From the NCBI GenBank assembly GCA_964605775.1, contig CAZSDU010000007.1:18256-82255 (forward strand): a stretch of DNA of 64,000 nt. The letters run 5' to 3'. Under the pieces are notes generated by a model, which was not told the DNA's origin, did not search any database, and was given only the letters and a program-made list of their open reading frames with translations. Both the position numbers and the translations under genes were made by a program. This document shows, in pieces, positions 28,229 through 37,849 of the stretch. Source of the DNA: an uncultured Prolixibacteraceae bacterium. Lineage in GTDB: Bacteria > Bacteroidota > Bacteroidia > Bacteroidales > FEN-979. How positions within the stretch are numbered: position 1 is the first letter of the stretch; each line of letters starts with the position of its first letter.

Positions 28229-28305
28229 CAAAAATATTTCAAAGCAGATTAATTACATTGGTTAAATTATTTCAATCCGGGTAACTTACATGAATAACTT
28301 TTCCT

Positions 28306-29697
28306 ATGAAAAATAAGTATATTGATCTCATTGAGCAAAGTTTCGATTTTCCTCAGGATGAATTTAAGGTGATTGATAATGAGCTTTATTTTAATCAGGT
28401 TCCACTGATGGATATCATTAAACAATATGGCACTCCATTGAAAATAAGCTACCTGCCTAAAATCAGTTCACAAATCCAAAGGGCCAAACGCCTGTTCAAT
28501 GTAGCCATGGCCAAAGTGGATTACCAGGGCGATTATAACTATTGTTACTGTACCAAAAGTTCGCATTTCAGCTTTGTTCTTGAAGAGGTCCTCAAGAACG
28601 AGGTTCACCTTGAAACTTCCTCGGCTTTTGATATGCCGATCATTGAAGATCTGGTAAGCCGCGGCTTGTTCACCAAGGATAAATACATCATCTGTAATGG
28701 ATTCAAACGCCCCCAGTACATTGAATATATCGTGAGCCTGATCAATTCCGGATTTTCAAATACCATTGCGGTTTTGGATAACCTTTTTGAATTGGACAAG
28801 TATGAATCCCTTGTTCAATATAAAACCAAGATCGGTATCCGGATCGCTTCCGAGGAAGAACCGAAATTTGATTTTTATACCTCCAGACTGGGGATACGAT
28901 ACAACGACATTCTTCCCTATTACCTTAATAAAATCAAAGGCAATCCAAAGTTCGAACTGAAGATGCTTCATTTCTTTATCAATACTGGCATAAAGGATAC
29001 GGCATATTATTGGAATGAACTGACCAAGAGCGTAAACGTGTACTGTGAGTTAAAAAAAATCTGTCCGGAATTGTCGGCTTTGAATATTGGAGGAGGATTC
29101 CCTATCAAGAATTCCCTAGCTTATAATTATGAATATGAATATATGGCAGAAGAGATCATTGCCCAGATAAAAAGCATATGTGAGCGCAATGAAGTGACAG
29201 AACCCGACATATTTACTGAATTCGGATCATTTACCGTTGGTGAAAGCGGCGCAGTTTTATTCTCTATTATTGACCAGAAAAGACAAAATGACCGTGAAAT
29301 CTGGAATATGATTGACTCTTCTTTTATGAATACTTTACCCGATACCTGGGCAATAAATCAGAAATTTATTTTGCTTGCTGTCAATAATTGGGATGTAGAG
29401 TATGAGCGGGTATTTTTGGGTGGGTTGACCTGCGACAGTGAAGATTATTACAATGCAGAGGAACATTCCAATGCGGTATTCCTCCCTAAATTTACTCAGG
29501 ATGAACCTTTGTACATCGGGATGTTCCACACCGGTGCCTATCAGGAAGCGATTGGTGGATACGGAGGCTTGCAGCATTGTTTACTGCCTGCTCCCAAACA
29601 TGTCCTGATTGACCTGGATGAAAATGATGAAATGACCACCAAGCTCTTTTCAAAAGAGCAGAGTTACAAATCAATGCTGAAAATTCTGGGATATTGA
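28306..29697 (+). CDS. Alanine-racemase-fold (type III) PLP-dependent basic amino acid decarboxylase, arginine decarboxylase-like (463 aa)
   Basis: It has a PLP-lysine region (YCYCTKSSHF), a glycine loop (LNIGGGFPI) and the substrate/dimer motif GGLTCDSEDYY. Its size and its pairing with a DHS-like gene match the short arginine decarboxylase type of Bacteroidota. Substrate specificity is inferred. Confidence 0.65.
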   Translation: MKNKYIDLIEQSFDFPQDEFKVIDNELYFNQVPLMDIIKQYGTPLKISYLPKISSQIQRAKRLFNVAMAKVDYQGDYNYCYCTKSSHFSFVLEEVLKNEVHLETSSAFDMPIIEDLVSRGLFTKDKYIICNGFKRPQYIEYIVSLINSGFSNTIAVLDNLFELDKYESLVQYKTKIGIRIASEEEPKFDFYTSRLGIRYNDILPYYLNKIKGNPKFELKMLHFFINTGIKDTAYYWNELTKSVNVYCELKKICPELSALNIGGGFPIKNSLAYNYEYEYMAEEIIAQIKSICERNEVTEPDIFTEFGSFTVGESGAVLFSIIDQKRQNDREIWNMIDSSFMNTLPDTWAINQKFILLAVNNWDVEYERVFLGGLTCDSEDYYNAEEHSNAVFLPKFTQDEPLYIGMFHTGAYQEAIGGYGGLQHCLLPAPKHVLIDLDENDEMTTKLFSKEQSYKSMLKILGY

Positions 29698-29716
29698 TTA
29701 TTTTTGAAAAAAATTC

Positions 29717-30742
29717 ATGATGAAGAAAAAGGCTTTATTAAAAGAACAGGTCAAGCATATCGATATCAAATCATTTGATTCCAAACCAATCATTGATTCC
29801 ATGCGCGATATGTCGTTCACCTCCCGGGATACGGCGTCCGCTGCAGATATTCTGAACCGCATGATCAGGCATAAGGGCTGTACCATTTTTTTGACCCTTG
29901 CAGGAAGCACCAGCGCCGGCGGATGTATGCAGGTATATGTAGAGATGGTAAAAAATAACATGATCGATGCTGTCATTGCCACCGGTGCTTCCATTGTGGA
30001 TATGGATTTCTTCGAAGCCCTTGGTTTTAAACATTACAAGGGTTCTTACAATGTGGATGACAAGGATCTCAGGAATAACTACATTGACCGGATTTACGAC
30101 ACTTTTATCGATGAAGAGGAACTTCAGGTTTGCGATATGACCATCAATAAAATCGCAAATTCCTTGGAACCCCGGCCTTATTCTTCACGCGAGTTTATCC
30201 GCGAGATGGGCAAATGGCTGGTGAAAAATTCGAAAAAGAAAGATTCTCTCGTTCAGGTGTGTTATGAGCATAACGTCCCGATATTCTGCCCTGCATTCTC
30301 CGACAGCAGTGCTGGTTTTGGCTTGGTCAGACATCAGTGGGACAATCCCAAAAAACATGTCTCCATTGACTCGGTCAAAGATTTCCTTGAACTGACCAAA
30401 ATAAAAATGGCCGCTCATACGTCAGGATTATTTATGATTGGGGGAGGGGTTCCCAAAAATTTCGTGCAGGATACTGTAATCTGTGCTGAAGTTCTTGGGA
30501 AAGAAGTCCCCATGCACCAATATGCCATTCAGATCACCGTGGCGGATGTCAGGGATGGGGCATGCTCCAGTTCGACCCTGAAAGAAGCAGCTTCATGGGG
30601 GAAGGTTGATACGGTGTACGAGAAAATGGTCTATGCAGAAGCCACTTCAGTCGTTCCACTAATCATCAGTTACGTGTATCACCGGGGAGATTGGAAAAAG
30701 AGAAAGAAATACGAATGGGCTAAAATGCTTGATCAGTCATAA
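29717..30742 (+). CDS. Deoxyhypusine synthase-like protein
   Basis: A 341-aa protein with the blocks LAGSTSAGGCMQVYVEMVKNNMIDAVIATGASIVDMDFFEALG and LFMIGGGVPKNF, characteristic of the DHS/homospermidine-synthase-like NAD-binding fold. It starts 19 nt after the decarboxylase gene. Confidence 0.75.
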   Translation: MMKKKALLKEQVKHIDIKSFDSKPIIDSMRDMSFTSRDTASAADILNRMIRHKGCTIFLTLAGSTSAGGCMQVYVEMVKNNMIDAVIATGASIVDMDFFEALGFKHYKGSYNVDDKDLRNNYIDRIYDTFIDEEELQVCDMTINKIANSLEPRPYSSREFIREMGKWLVKNSKKKDSLVQVCYEHNVPIFCPAFSDSSAGFGLVRHQWDNPKKHVSIDSVKDFLELTKIKMAAHTSGLFMIGGGVPKNFVQDTVICAEVLGKEVPMHQYAIQITVADVRDGACSSSTLKEAASWGKVDTVYEKMVYAEATSVVPLIISYVYHRGDWKKRKKYEWAKMLDQS

Positions 30743-30754
30743 GCGATTTTCTTT

Positions 30755-32125
30755 TCAGTGCTTATATCTGATCCACTTCCATAATTCCTTATAATTAATC
30801 TTCTTCCCATACATCAGAATCCCTGTTCGGTAAATTTTTGCCGCCAGCCAGGTCGTTCCTAAAAAACCCAGCAGCAGGCATACCATGGAGAGAATAACTT
30901 CCCATACCGGAACCCCAAAAGGAATTCTGATCATCATGATGACCGGTGATGTCAGCGGAATGATCGACATCCAGAATGAAACCGGTCCCTCAGGATTCTG
31001 GATGACAAATTGAGCCATGATAATGGCAAGGATTAATGGAATGGTGATCGGTAACATGAATTGTTGGGTGTCCGATTCACTGTCAACAGCTCCTCCGATT
31101 GCGGCAAATAAGGCCGCGTACATCAGATATCCGAAGATGAAAAAGAACAGGAATGAGCCTATCATCACCGGAAAGTCAATGCTGTTGATAGCCTCCAAGG
31201 CCTCATTCATATCGCTGGAGGTATCCTTTTTTAAAGTTTCGGGAAGGTCAAGTTGTGCGGCATTCAGGGATTGGTTTTGCTGCAATAGATTCTGTGCGGA
31301 TTTACTCCCTGCTTTCTCCGTCAGGGTAGTTGTGACGATCGTCACGATGCCGAAAGTCAGGATTACCCATAAGAGGAATTGCGTTAAGCCCACCAGTCCT
31401 ACTCCGATTATTTTTCCCATCATAAGCTGAAAAGGTTTGACAGAAGAAATAATGACTTCAACGATACGACTGGTTTTTTCCTCTATAACCCCCCGCATAA
31501 CCTGGGATCCGAAAAGAAAAATGAAAAAATAGATCAGGATTCCGGCGAACATGCCAAGGATCATACTGACCTCGGTATAGCTTTTAGATTCCTTTCCATC
31601 TTCCCCGATTTTCATCGTATTGATGTCCACTGAGGTCTTGATGGATCTTAAAATATCATCCACATTGACCGGCGATTTTTCGTCTTTTTGTAAATCTTTC
31701 AGTCTGGCTCCCAGTTTCAGTTCCTCAATTTGCCTGGTCATAACATTTTTGATGTAGCTTCTGACACTGAGGTTGACATTATTTTCCGAATATAGAATGG
31801 CATTGGAAGGGAGGGTCACTTCAGTTTTCGGAATATACAATAGGGCATAGTCACCGCTTTTCGTAAAATTGGCTTTGGCAGATCCGATATCGCTGACCAG
31901 ATCATGAAATTTGATATTGTCTGAATTCTTGAATTTCTGATAGAATATTCCGCTTTCATCTATTACAGCCACGGTTTTTGTCTCATTGGTACGGGTGGCA
32001 AGATAAATTGGAACGATCATGATACCGGCCATCAGCAGCGGACCAAGGATTGTCATGACCATAAAGGATCTCTTTCTTACACGGGTAAGATACTCACGCT
32101 GAAGGATAAGGATGATTTTTTTCAT
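30755..32125 (-). CDS. ABC-2 type transporter permease (NatB-like, large extracytoplasmic loop)
   Basis: The start is set at the Met (MKKIILILQREYL) 1 nt after the ATPase stop. It has one N-terminal TM, a ~150-aa soluble loop and then five TM helices. Confidence 0.8.
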   Translation of the reverse strand: MKKIILILQREYLTRVRKRSFMVMTILGPLLMAGIMIVPIYLATRTNETKTVAVIDESGIFYQKFKNSDNIKFHDLVSDIGSAKANFTKSGDYALLYIPKTEVTLPSNAILYSENNVNLSVRSYIKNVMTRQIEELKLGARLKDLQKDEKSPVNVDDILRSIKTSVDINTMKIGEDGKESKSYTEVSMILGMFAGILIYFFIFLFGSQVMRGVIEEKTSRIVEVIISSVKPFQLMMGKIIGVGLVGLTQFLLWVILTFGIVTIVTTTLTEKAGSKSAQNLLQQNQSLNAAQLDLPETLKKDTSSDMNEALEAINSIDFPVMIGSFLFFFIFGYLMYAALFAAIGGAVDSESDTQQFMLPITIPLILAIIMAQFVIQNPEGPVSFWMSIIPLTSPVIMMIRIPFGVPVWEVILSMVCLLLGFLGTTWLAAKIYRTGILMYGKKINYKELWKWIRYKH

Positions 32126-32126
32126 G

Positions 32127-33065
32127 TCAGCTATGGGTATTGGGTGAAGCATTTAATCCGGTCACGGCCCTGATGAAAATATCGTTCATGCTTGGGATGA
32201 CTTCGTTGAGCGCATAAATGGTTACATGGGGTAAAAGAAACCTGAGCAGTTCATTGGGGCTGCTTTCATCCGGAATCCTGATATCAGCCTGGTACTGATC
32301 CGTATCGCGTTCTGTGCTGAGCACTTGGAAGGCAGGGGGAAGGATCATCTGAAGGTCGTCAACAGAAGTGTCGTATGATAGCTTAAACGTATTGGTTTTA
32401 AATGTTTTCTTGATTTCGCTGACCTTGCCCTTCAGAATGACTTTTGCATTATTAATCAGAGCGATATGGTCACAGAGTTCTTCAACAGAAGACATGTTGT
32501 GAGTGGAAAAAATAATGGTTGAACCTTTTTCTTTTTGCGCGATAATTTCTTCTTTTAGCATATTGGCATTGATGGGATCAAAACCGCTGAAAGGTTCGTC
32601 AAAAATCAACAGGGAAGGATCGTGGATGATGGTGACCAGGAACTGAACTTTCTGCTGCATTCCTTTCGACAATTCTTCCACTTTCCGGTTCCACCAACCC
32701 TTCATCTCAAATTTCTCGAACCAGAACTTAAGGCGTCTCTGGGCTTCATGTTTATCGAGACCTTTGAGTTGTGCCAGGTACAAGGCTTGTTCGCCAACCG
32801 ACATTTTTTTGTAGAGTCCCCTTTCTTCAGGAAGGTATCCTATATGCTCAATGTCGGAGGGTTTAAGCGGTTGACTTTTGAAGAAGAGGGATCCCTGATC
32901 CGGAGCAATGATCTGGTTGATGATCCGTATCAGGGTGGTTTTACCTGCACCGTTTGGCCCCAGTAAACCAAAAATACTCCCCTCAGGAACATCTATGCTG
33001 ACCTTATCCAGGGCGAGATGGTTGGCGTATTGTTTGGAAACCTGCTGAGCGGAAAAAATATCCAT
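32127..33065 (-). CDS. ABC transporter ATP-binding protein (NatA-like)
   Basis: It carries Walker A (GPNGAGKTT), the signature (LSKGMQQKV), Walker B (LLIFDEPFSGFD) and the H-loop (STHNM). Confidence 0.9.
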   Translation of the reverse strand: MDIFSAQQVSKQYANHLALDKVSIDVPEGSIFGLLGPNGAGKTTLIRIINQIIAPDQGSLFFKSQPLKPSDIEHIGYLPEERGLYKKMSVGEQALYLAQLKGLDKHEAQRRLKFWFEKFEMKGWWNRKVEELSKGMQQKVQFLVTIIHDPSLLIFDEPFSGFDPINANMLKEEIIAQKEKGSTIIFSTHNMSSVEELCDHIALINNAKVILKGKVSEIKKTFKTNTFKLSYDTSVDDLQMILPPAFQVLSTERDTDQYQADIRIPDESSPNELLRFLLPHVTIYALNEVIPSMNDIFIRAVTGLNASPNTHS

Positions 33066-33071
33066 CGTTGA

Positions 33072-34235
33072 TTATGATTCAAAGTAATTTTTCATCCTGG
33101 AGAAAAAGTTTCTTTCTTTATCTTCTTCAGAAGGTTGGAAATTGGTTGATTTGCTTAATTTTTCAAGCATGGTCTTTTCTTCCTTGCTCAGTCGTTTTGG
33201 CGTCCAGACGTGTATGGTAACCAGTTGATCCCCTCTGTTTTCATATCCGTTCACACTGGGAATTCCTTTTCCTCTTAAACGCAGCACCTTGCCACTCTGG
33301 GTTCCAGGCTCTATTTTAATTTTAGCTTTTCCATCGATGGTTGGAACTTCAAGGCTTGTTCCCAGGGCTGCATCTGAAATAGAGATATAATACTCAAAAT
33401 GGATATCGTTTCCGTCCCGCTCAAACAGAGGATGTCTGACCTCTTCGATCTGGACAATCAAATCTCCGGCAATACCTCCTCTTGCAGCGGCATTGCCTTT
33501 GCCTCCAAGGGAAAGTTGCATTCCTTCTGAAACCCCGGCTGGGATTTTAATAGAGATGACTTCCTCCCCTTTAACTACCCCGTTTCCTGCACAATCATGA
33601 CATTTATCGGTGATGATCTTTCCTTCTCCACCACAGTTCGGGCAAGTTCCTGTGGTTTGCATTTGTCCCAGAAAAGTGGATGTCACACGGGTCACTTGGC
33701 CGCTGCCTTTACAGGTGGAACAGCTAGTAAAAGCGCTTCCGTCTTTGGCTCCGGTACCCTTGCATGTGGTACAGGCCGTGAATTTGTTGACTTTGATCTT
33801 TTTTTCCACTCCATGGGCGATTTCCTCCAGCGTCATCTTAACTTTGACCCTGAGGTTGGAGCCTCGGTTGACTGTTTTGCCACGGCTTCTTCCCCCTCTG
33901 AAAAAAGAGCTGAAAGGATCATTCCCGCCTCCGCCGAAAATATCGCCAAAATGAGAGAAGATATCCTCCACACTCATGCCTCCTCCAAATCCTGAGAATC
34001 CGCCATTGTTGCCCAGACCGGCATGACCAAACTGATCATACCTCTGCCTTTTTTCGCTGTCACTCAGCACTTCATAAGCTTCGGCTGCTTCTTTGAATTT
34101 CTCTTCGGTATCTTTCTTACCCGGATTTTTATCCGGGTGATATTTCAATGCTTGCTGACGAAAAGCTTTCTTGATTTCCTCAGGGCTGGCATCCTTACTG
34201 ACTTCTAGTATTTCGTAATAATCTCTCTTTGTCAA
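33072..34235 (-). CDS. dnaJ: Molecular chaperone DnaJ
   Basis: It has a J domain with HPD (KYHPDKNP), a G/F-rich linker and four CxxCxGxG repeats ([32 protein letters not shown]). Confidence 0.94.
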   Translation of the reverse strand: MTKRDYYEILEVSKDASPEEIKKAFRQQALKYHPDKNPGKKDTEEKFKEAAEAYEVLSDSEKRQRYDQFGHAGLGNNGGFSGFGGGMSVEDIFSHFGDIFGGGGNDPFSSFFRGGRSRGKTVNRGSNLRVKVKMTLEEIAHGVEKKIKVNKFTACTTCKGTGAKDGSAFTSCSTCKGSGQVTRVTSTFLGQMQTTGTCPNCGGEGKIITDKCHDCAGNGVVKGEEVISIKIPAGVSEGMQLSLGGKGNAAARGGIAGDLIVQIEEVRHPLFERDGNDIHFEYYISISDAALGTSLEVPTIDGKAKIKIEPGTQSGKVLRLRGKGIPSVNGYENRGDQLVTIHVWTPKRLSKEEKTMLEKLSKSTNFQPSEEDKERNFFSRMKNYFES

Positions 34236-34264
34236 CCTGTTAATGATTAATGATGAATTATATT

Positions 34265-34828
34265 TTAGTTACCAACCACCACCTTGGCATAGCGGATCAC
34301 CTTCTCATTCAGCAGGTAACCTTTCTCAATTTCATCGACAATGGTGTTTTTTTTCTCCGGATCGTCAACTATAATATTGGTGATGGCTTCGTGGAAATCT
34401 GTGTTAAAGACCTCACCTATGGTTTTCATTTGCACCAGACCCTGTTGACTGAGGATACTGAAAAATTTATTGAATATCAAAACGATACCATCATGTAAGG
34501 CGGAGTCAACCTCCGATTTGCTTTCAAATGCTTTGATGGCTCTTTCAAAATCATCAAGGACGGGCAGTAGCTTTGTGATTAACTCGGCAGAGGCAGTCCG
34601 GCTGAGCTCCAGTTTTTCTTTCAGGGTGCGTTTACGGTAATTGTCGAACTCTGAATATAAACGAAGGAATTTATCATTCAGTTCGGCAATCTGAGCGCTC
34701 AGTTCCTGTTTTTGCTCTCTACTTTCTGCCTGTGTTTCCCGGAGTTCAACGGGTTCCTGAGCTTCTTCTGTTAAAGAATCCTCTTCTTTGACTTTTGTTT
34801 TTTCAGGTTTATGCTCTTTTTTCGACAT
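34265..34828 (-). CDS. grpE: Nucleotide exchange factor GrpE
   Basis: A 187-aa protein with an acidic N-terminus, a long helix ([14 protein letters not shown]) and a C-terminal beta domain ([16 protein letters not shown]). It lies immediately upstream of dnaJ. Confidence 0.9.
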   Translation of the reverse strand: MSKKEHKPEKTKVKEEDSLTEEAQEPVELRETQAESREQKQELSAQIAELNDKFLRLYSEFDNYRKRTLKEKLELSRTASAELITKLLPVLDDFERAIKAFESKSEVDSALHDGIVLIFNKFFSILSQQGLVQMKTIGEVFNTDFHEAITNIIVDDPEKKNTIVDEIEKGYLLNEKVIRYAKVVVGN

Positions 34829-34904
34829 AACAGATTTCTTAATCGAATTTTTATTCGTTCGGATGGATCAAATTACTTGCCAGAGGTTGAATTGAGACAA
34901 ATTG

Positions 34905-36215
34905 TCAGTCGGGGATACGTTTAATACGCGCTCCCAGTTGATTTAACCGGACATCAATGTGTTCATAACCCCGGTCAATTTGCTCAATGTTATCAATGAG
35001 GCTGCAACCCTCAGCGGATAATGCTGCAATCAGCAAGGCTACGCCAGCACGGATATCGGGAGATGACATCCTGATCCCTTTCAGGGGGTATTGGTGGTTC
35101 AGTCCTATCACCGTGGCTCTGTGAGGATCGCATAAGATGATCTTCGCTCCCATGTCAATTAGTTTATCGACGAAAAACAACCGGCTTTCAAACATTTTTT
35201 GATGAACCAGCACATGGCCTTTGGCTTGTGTCGCCACCACCAGGATAATGCTGATCAGGTCGGGGGTAAATCCCGGCCAGGGTGCATCGGCAATGGTCAT
35301 GATAGATCCGTCCATAAAATTTTCCACTTCATAATGATCCTGGGCAGGCACAAAGATATCATCCCCCTGCCTCTCCATTCGGATGCCCAGTTTTGAAAAG
35401 ACATCAGGGATAAGTCCCAGTTGTAAATAATCGGTTTTCTTGATGGTAATGGCGGATCCTGTCATGGCGGCAAGGCCGATAAAGCTACCGACCTCTATCA
35501 TGTCTGACAGCAGGGTATGGGTGCAGCCATGAAGTGATTCAACTCCTTCGATGGTGAGGAGGTTGGACCCGATTCCCTGAATGCGTGCGCCCATGCTGAC
35601 CAGCATTTTGCATAACTGGGCAATATAGGGTTCGCAAGCTGCATTGAAAATTGTGGTGGTGCCCCTGGCTTTCACCGCAGCCATCAGAATGTTGGCAGTC
35701 CCGGTCACCGAGGCTTCATCCAGCAGCATGTAACTGCCGGTCAATTCTCTTGAAGTGACCGTAAAGCGATGTTCATTGGCTGAAAATTCAAAATCCGCGC
35801 CAAGTTTCTGTAAACCCTTGAAGTGAGTATCCAATCGCCGCCGACCGATTTTATCTCCTCCTGGAGTATAAATATATCCTTTTCCGAATCTGGCGAGCAG
35901 TGGTCCAAGGATCATGATCGATCCCCTCAAACTGGCTGCTTTTTCCCTGAATTCCGTGGTTAGCAGATAATCAAAATGAACGGAAGCAGCTTCAAAGGTA
36001 TAGGAGGAAATTCCGTTTTTTTCGACTTTGACTCCCAGTGACTGTAGAAGATCAATGAGCTTGTTGACATCCCTGATGTCGGGTATGTTATGAATGGTCA
36101 CTTTCTCAGGAGTCAGCAATACGGCACAAAGAACCTGAAGGGCTTCATTTTTTGCGCCCTGGGGAAGGATCTCACCGTTAAGCTTCAGACCACCGGTGAT
36201 CTCGAATGAACTCAC
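34905..36215 (-). CDS. murA: UDP-N-acetylglucosamine 1-carboxyvinyltransferase (Asp at the catalytic Cys115-equivalent position)
   Basis: A 436-aa protein with the blocks LPQGAKNEALQVL and LGPLLARFGKGYIYTPGGDKIGRRRLDTH, which aligns to E. coli [29 protein letters not shown], plus the C-terminal IDRGYE motif. Confidence 0.92.
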   Translation of the reverse strand: MSSFEITGGLKLNGEILPQGAKNEALQVLCAVLLTPEKVTIHNIPDIRDVNKLIDLLQSLGVKVEKNGISSYTFEAASVHFDYLLTTEFREKAASLRGSIMILGPLLARFGKGYIYTPGGDKIGRRRLDTHFKGLQKLGADFEFSANEHRFTVTSRELTGSYMLLDEASVTGTANILMAAVKARGTTTIFNAACEPYIAQLCKMLVSMGARIQGIGSNLLTIEGVESLHGCTHTLLSDMIEVGSFIGLAAMTGSAITIKKTDYLQLGLIPDVFSKLGIRMERQGDDIFVPAQDHYEVENFMDGSIMTIADAPWPGFTPDLISIILVVATQAKGHVLVHQKMFESRLFFVDKLIDMGAKIILCDPHRATVIGLNHQYPLKGIRMSSPDIRAGVALLIAALSAEGCSLIDNIEQIDRGYEHIDVRLNQLGARIKRIPD

Positions 36216-36853
36216 GGCTGATTTCTTCTGGGTCTTGGCTGAACATTCCCGTTTGTCGCGGGACGAAAAGGTTTACGCTTCTTGTTGCGGGCTAAAATGT
36301 CATTGGTATTGGCAAACTTGAAATCCTGATGAAGTTTGACTTTCCCTTTTGAAAGGGTAGAAAGATGGGCTTCGATCAGTTCGTCAGAGACAGTTTCCCG
36401 GTTCCAGTTTAAATATGACTTTTTCATATGGTTGGCAATGGCATGAACCAGGGCATCCTTTTCCTGACCTTCCTCAAATTCCATGGCCTTTTCAAGCATC
36501 AATGCAATGTTTTTACCATAATGCTTGAATTCAATTTCCTTATCGTGATAGGAAAGATGTTCCGGTTTTGTGCTTAATGAAAGTGGGGGAGGTGGAGGAT
36601 ATGGGGCATCAACATCAAGCTTAAAATCGGAAATGATGAAAAGATGATCCCATAATTTATGCTTGTAATCCCCTGATTCTTTTACATTCGGGTGCATCTG
36701 TGCCATTACATTCACGATGAATTTCGCGGCTTTGGTTCTTTTTTCACGCTCTTCAATGGTACAGATATACTGTATCATCTGCTGAATATTTCTACCGTAT
36801 TCCGGAATAAGCATCGGCTCCCGTGTAGTGTTGTACTCCATTTCCTCTTTCAA
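36212..36853 (-). CDS. DUF4290-like protein
   Basis: The N-terminal MEYNTTREPMLIPEYGRNIQQMI..KHKLWDHLFIISDFKLDVDAPYP matches the DUF4290 pattern found upstream of murA in Bacteroidota. It overlaps murA by 4 nt. Confidence 0.75.
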   Translation of the reverse strand: MKEEMEYNTTREPMLIPEYGRNIQQMIQYICTIEEREKRTKAAKFIVNVMAQMHPNVKESGDYKHKLWDHLFIISDFKLDVDAPYPPPPPLSLSTKPEHLSYHDKEIEFKHYGKNIALMLEKAMEFEEGQEKDALVHAIANHMKKSYLNWNRETVSDELIEAHLSTLSKGKVKLHQDFKFANTNDILARNKKRKPFRPATNGNVQPRPRRNQP

Positions 36854-36920
36854 TTGATTTTTTTTGCAAAGATACGATTTTTATATACTTTTATCCTTAT
36901 TAACAAAAATCCTGCTGACC

Positions 36921-37832
36921 ATGAAAAAAAATCTGTTTTATGTTTTTTTAGTCCTGACTACGGTTTGTGTCGTTCTAAGCGCATGTAAAAGGAATGACCG
37001 TGAGCCGGGCATTCAGGAAAAAACTGCCATTGCCGATACCATACAGGCCATGATGAATAAAATCATAACCTATGCTGCCATTCCGGATGCGGATTCAGCC
37101 TACCAATGGCTGAGTGACGACAGCACTGCCGTATTTATTTCCCAGGGGATGGCTTACTCAAACCCGGGAATTCATGCCATGATGCGCGACATGTATAAAA
37201 AGTTTAAATGCCAGTCTTTTGAAGTGGTCTGGTCAAAATCCGAAGTAATTTCCTTTGACATCGTTGTATGGACAGGGGTGGCCCGTTCAAAACTGGTTTC
37301 TGCCGAAGATGAAGCTGCCGAACAATGGCTGGGAGAAAGCTGGATTTGGCATAGAAATCCCGAAGGATGGAGGGTCATTCATTTCCATGAATCCTGGCTG
37401 GGTTTACCTGATCCATGTACCAAGGCGACGGTAGAGAACGCCCTGGCAAACTTTGCCAAAGAACTAAGCGGGAGAAAACTTGATCCGGAAAGTATGCCGC
37501 CTATTTTAGCCGCCTTTTTAAAAGTTTATCCCAGGATTTATGGAGCTACCCTGGCTTTTGCTCCGGATGGAAACGGGAACAACGGCCACAAAGCTGCTCC
37601 TTACGTATATCGTAAGAACAATGAATTTATAACCGTAAAACTGCCTGAATCCTATGATTATACTCAAAGTGACTGGTACCGGATACCCCTGGAGAAGAAT
37701 GCAGCTGTTTGGTCGGATCCATATTATGATGGCGGTGGCGGTGGCGTGGTCATGGTGACTTATGCTATGCCCTTGAAGGATAAAAGCGGAAACTTGATCG
37801 GGGTGCTTACCAGTGATGTGGCTTTGCAATAA
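36921..37832 (+). CDS. Lipoprotein with N-terminal NTF2-like (SnoaL/DUF4440-type) domain and C-terminal single Cache-like domain, no output domain
   Basis: The start is set at MKKNLFYVFLVLTTVCVVLSAC (lipobox LSAC). The NTF2-like end motif is GESWIWHRNPEGWRVIHFHESW. The Cache-like motif is YDYTQSDWYRIPLEKNAAVWSDPYYDGGGGGVVMVTYAMPLKDKSGNLIGVLTSDVAL, and the protein ends 1 aa later. Confidence 0.6.
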   Translation: MKKNLFYVFLVLTTVCVVLSACKRNDREPGIQEKTAIADTIQAMMNKIITYAAIPDADSAYQWLSDDSTAVFISQGMAYSNPGIHAMMRDMYKKFKCQSFEVVWSKSEVISFDIVVWTGVARSKLVSAEDEAAEQWLGESWIWHRNPEGWRVIHFHESWLGLPDPCTKATVENALANFAKELSGRKLDPESMPPILAAFLKVYPRIYGATLAFAPDGNGNNGHKAAPYVYRKNNEFITVKLPESYDYTQSDWYRIPLEKNAAVWSDPYYDGGGGGVVMVTYAMPLKDKSGNLIGVLTSDVALQ

Positions 37833-37849
37833 ATCGGAAAAAGGCTGGG

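Noticed and set aside
29698-29994. 98-aa minus-strand ORF overlapping the start of the DHS-like gene
   Set aside because: It is antisense to a well-supported CDS, has no motif and has no promoter box. It is a typical shadow ORF.
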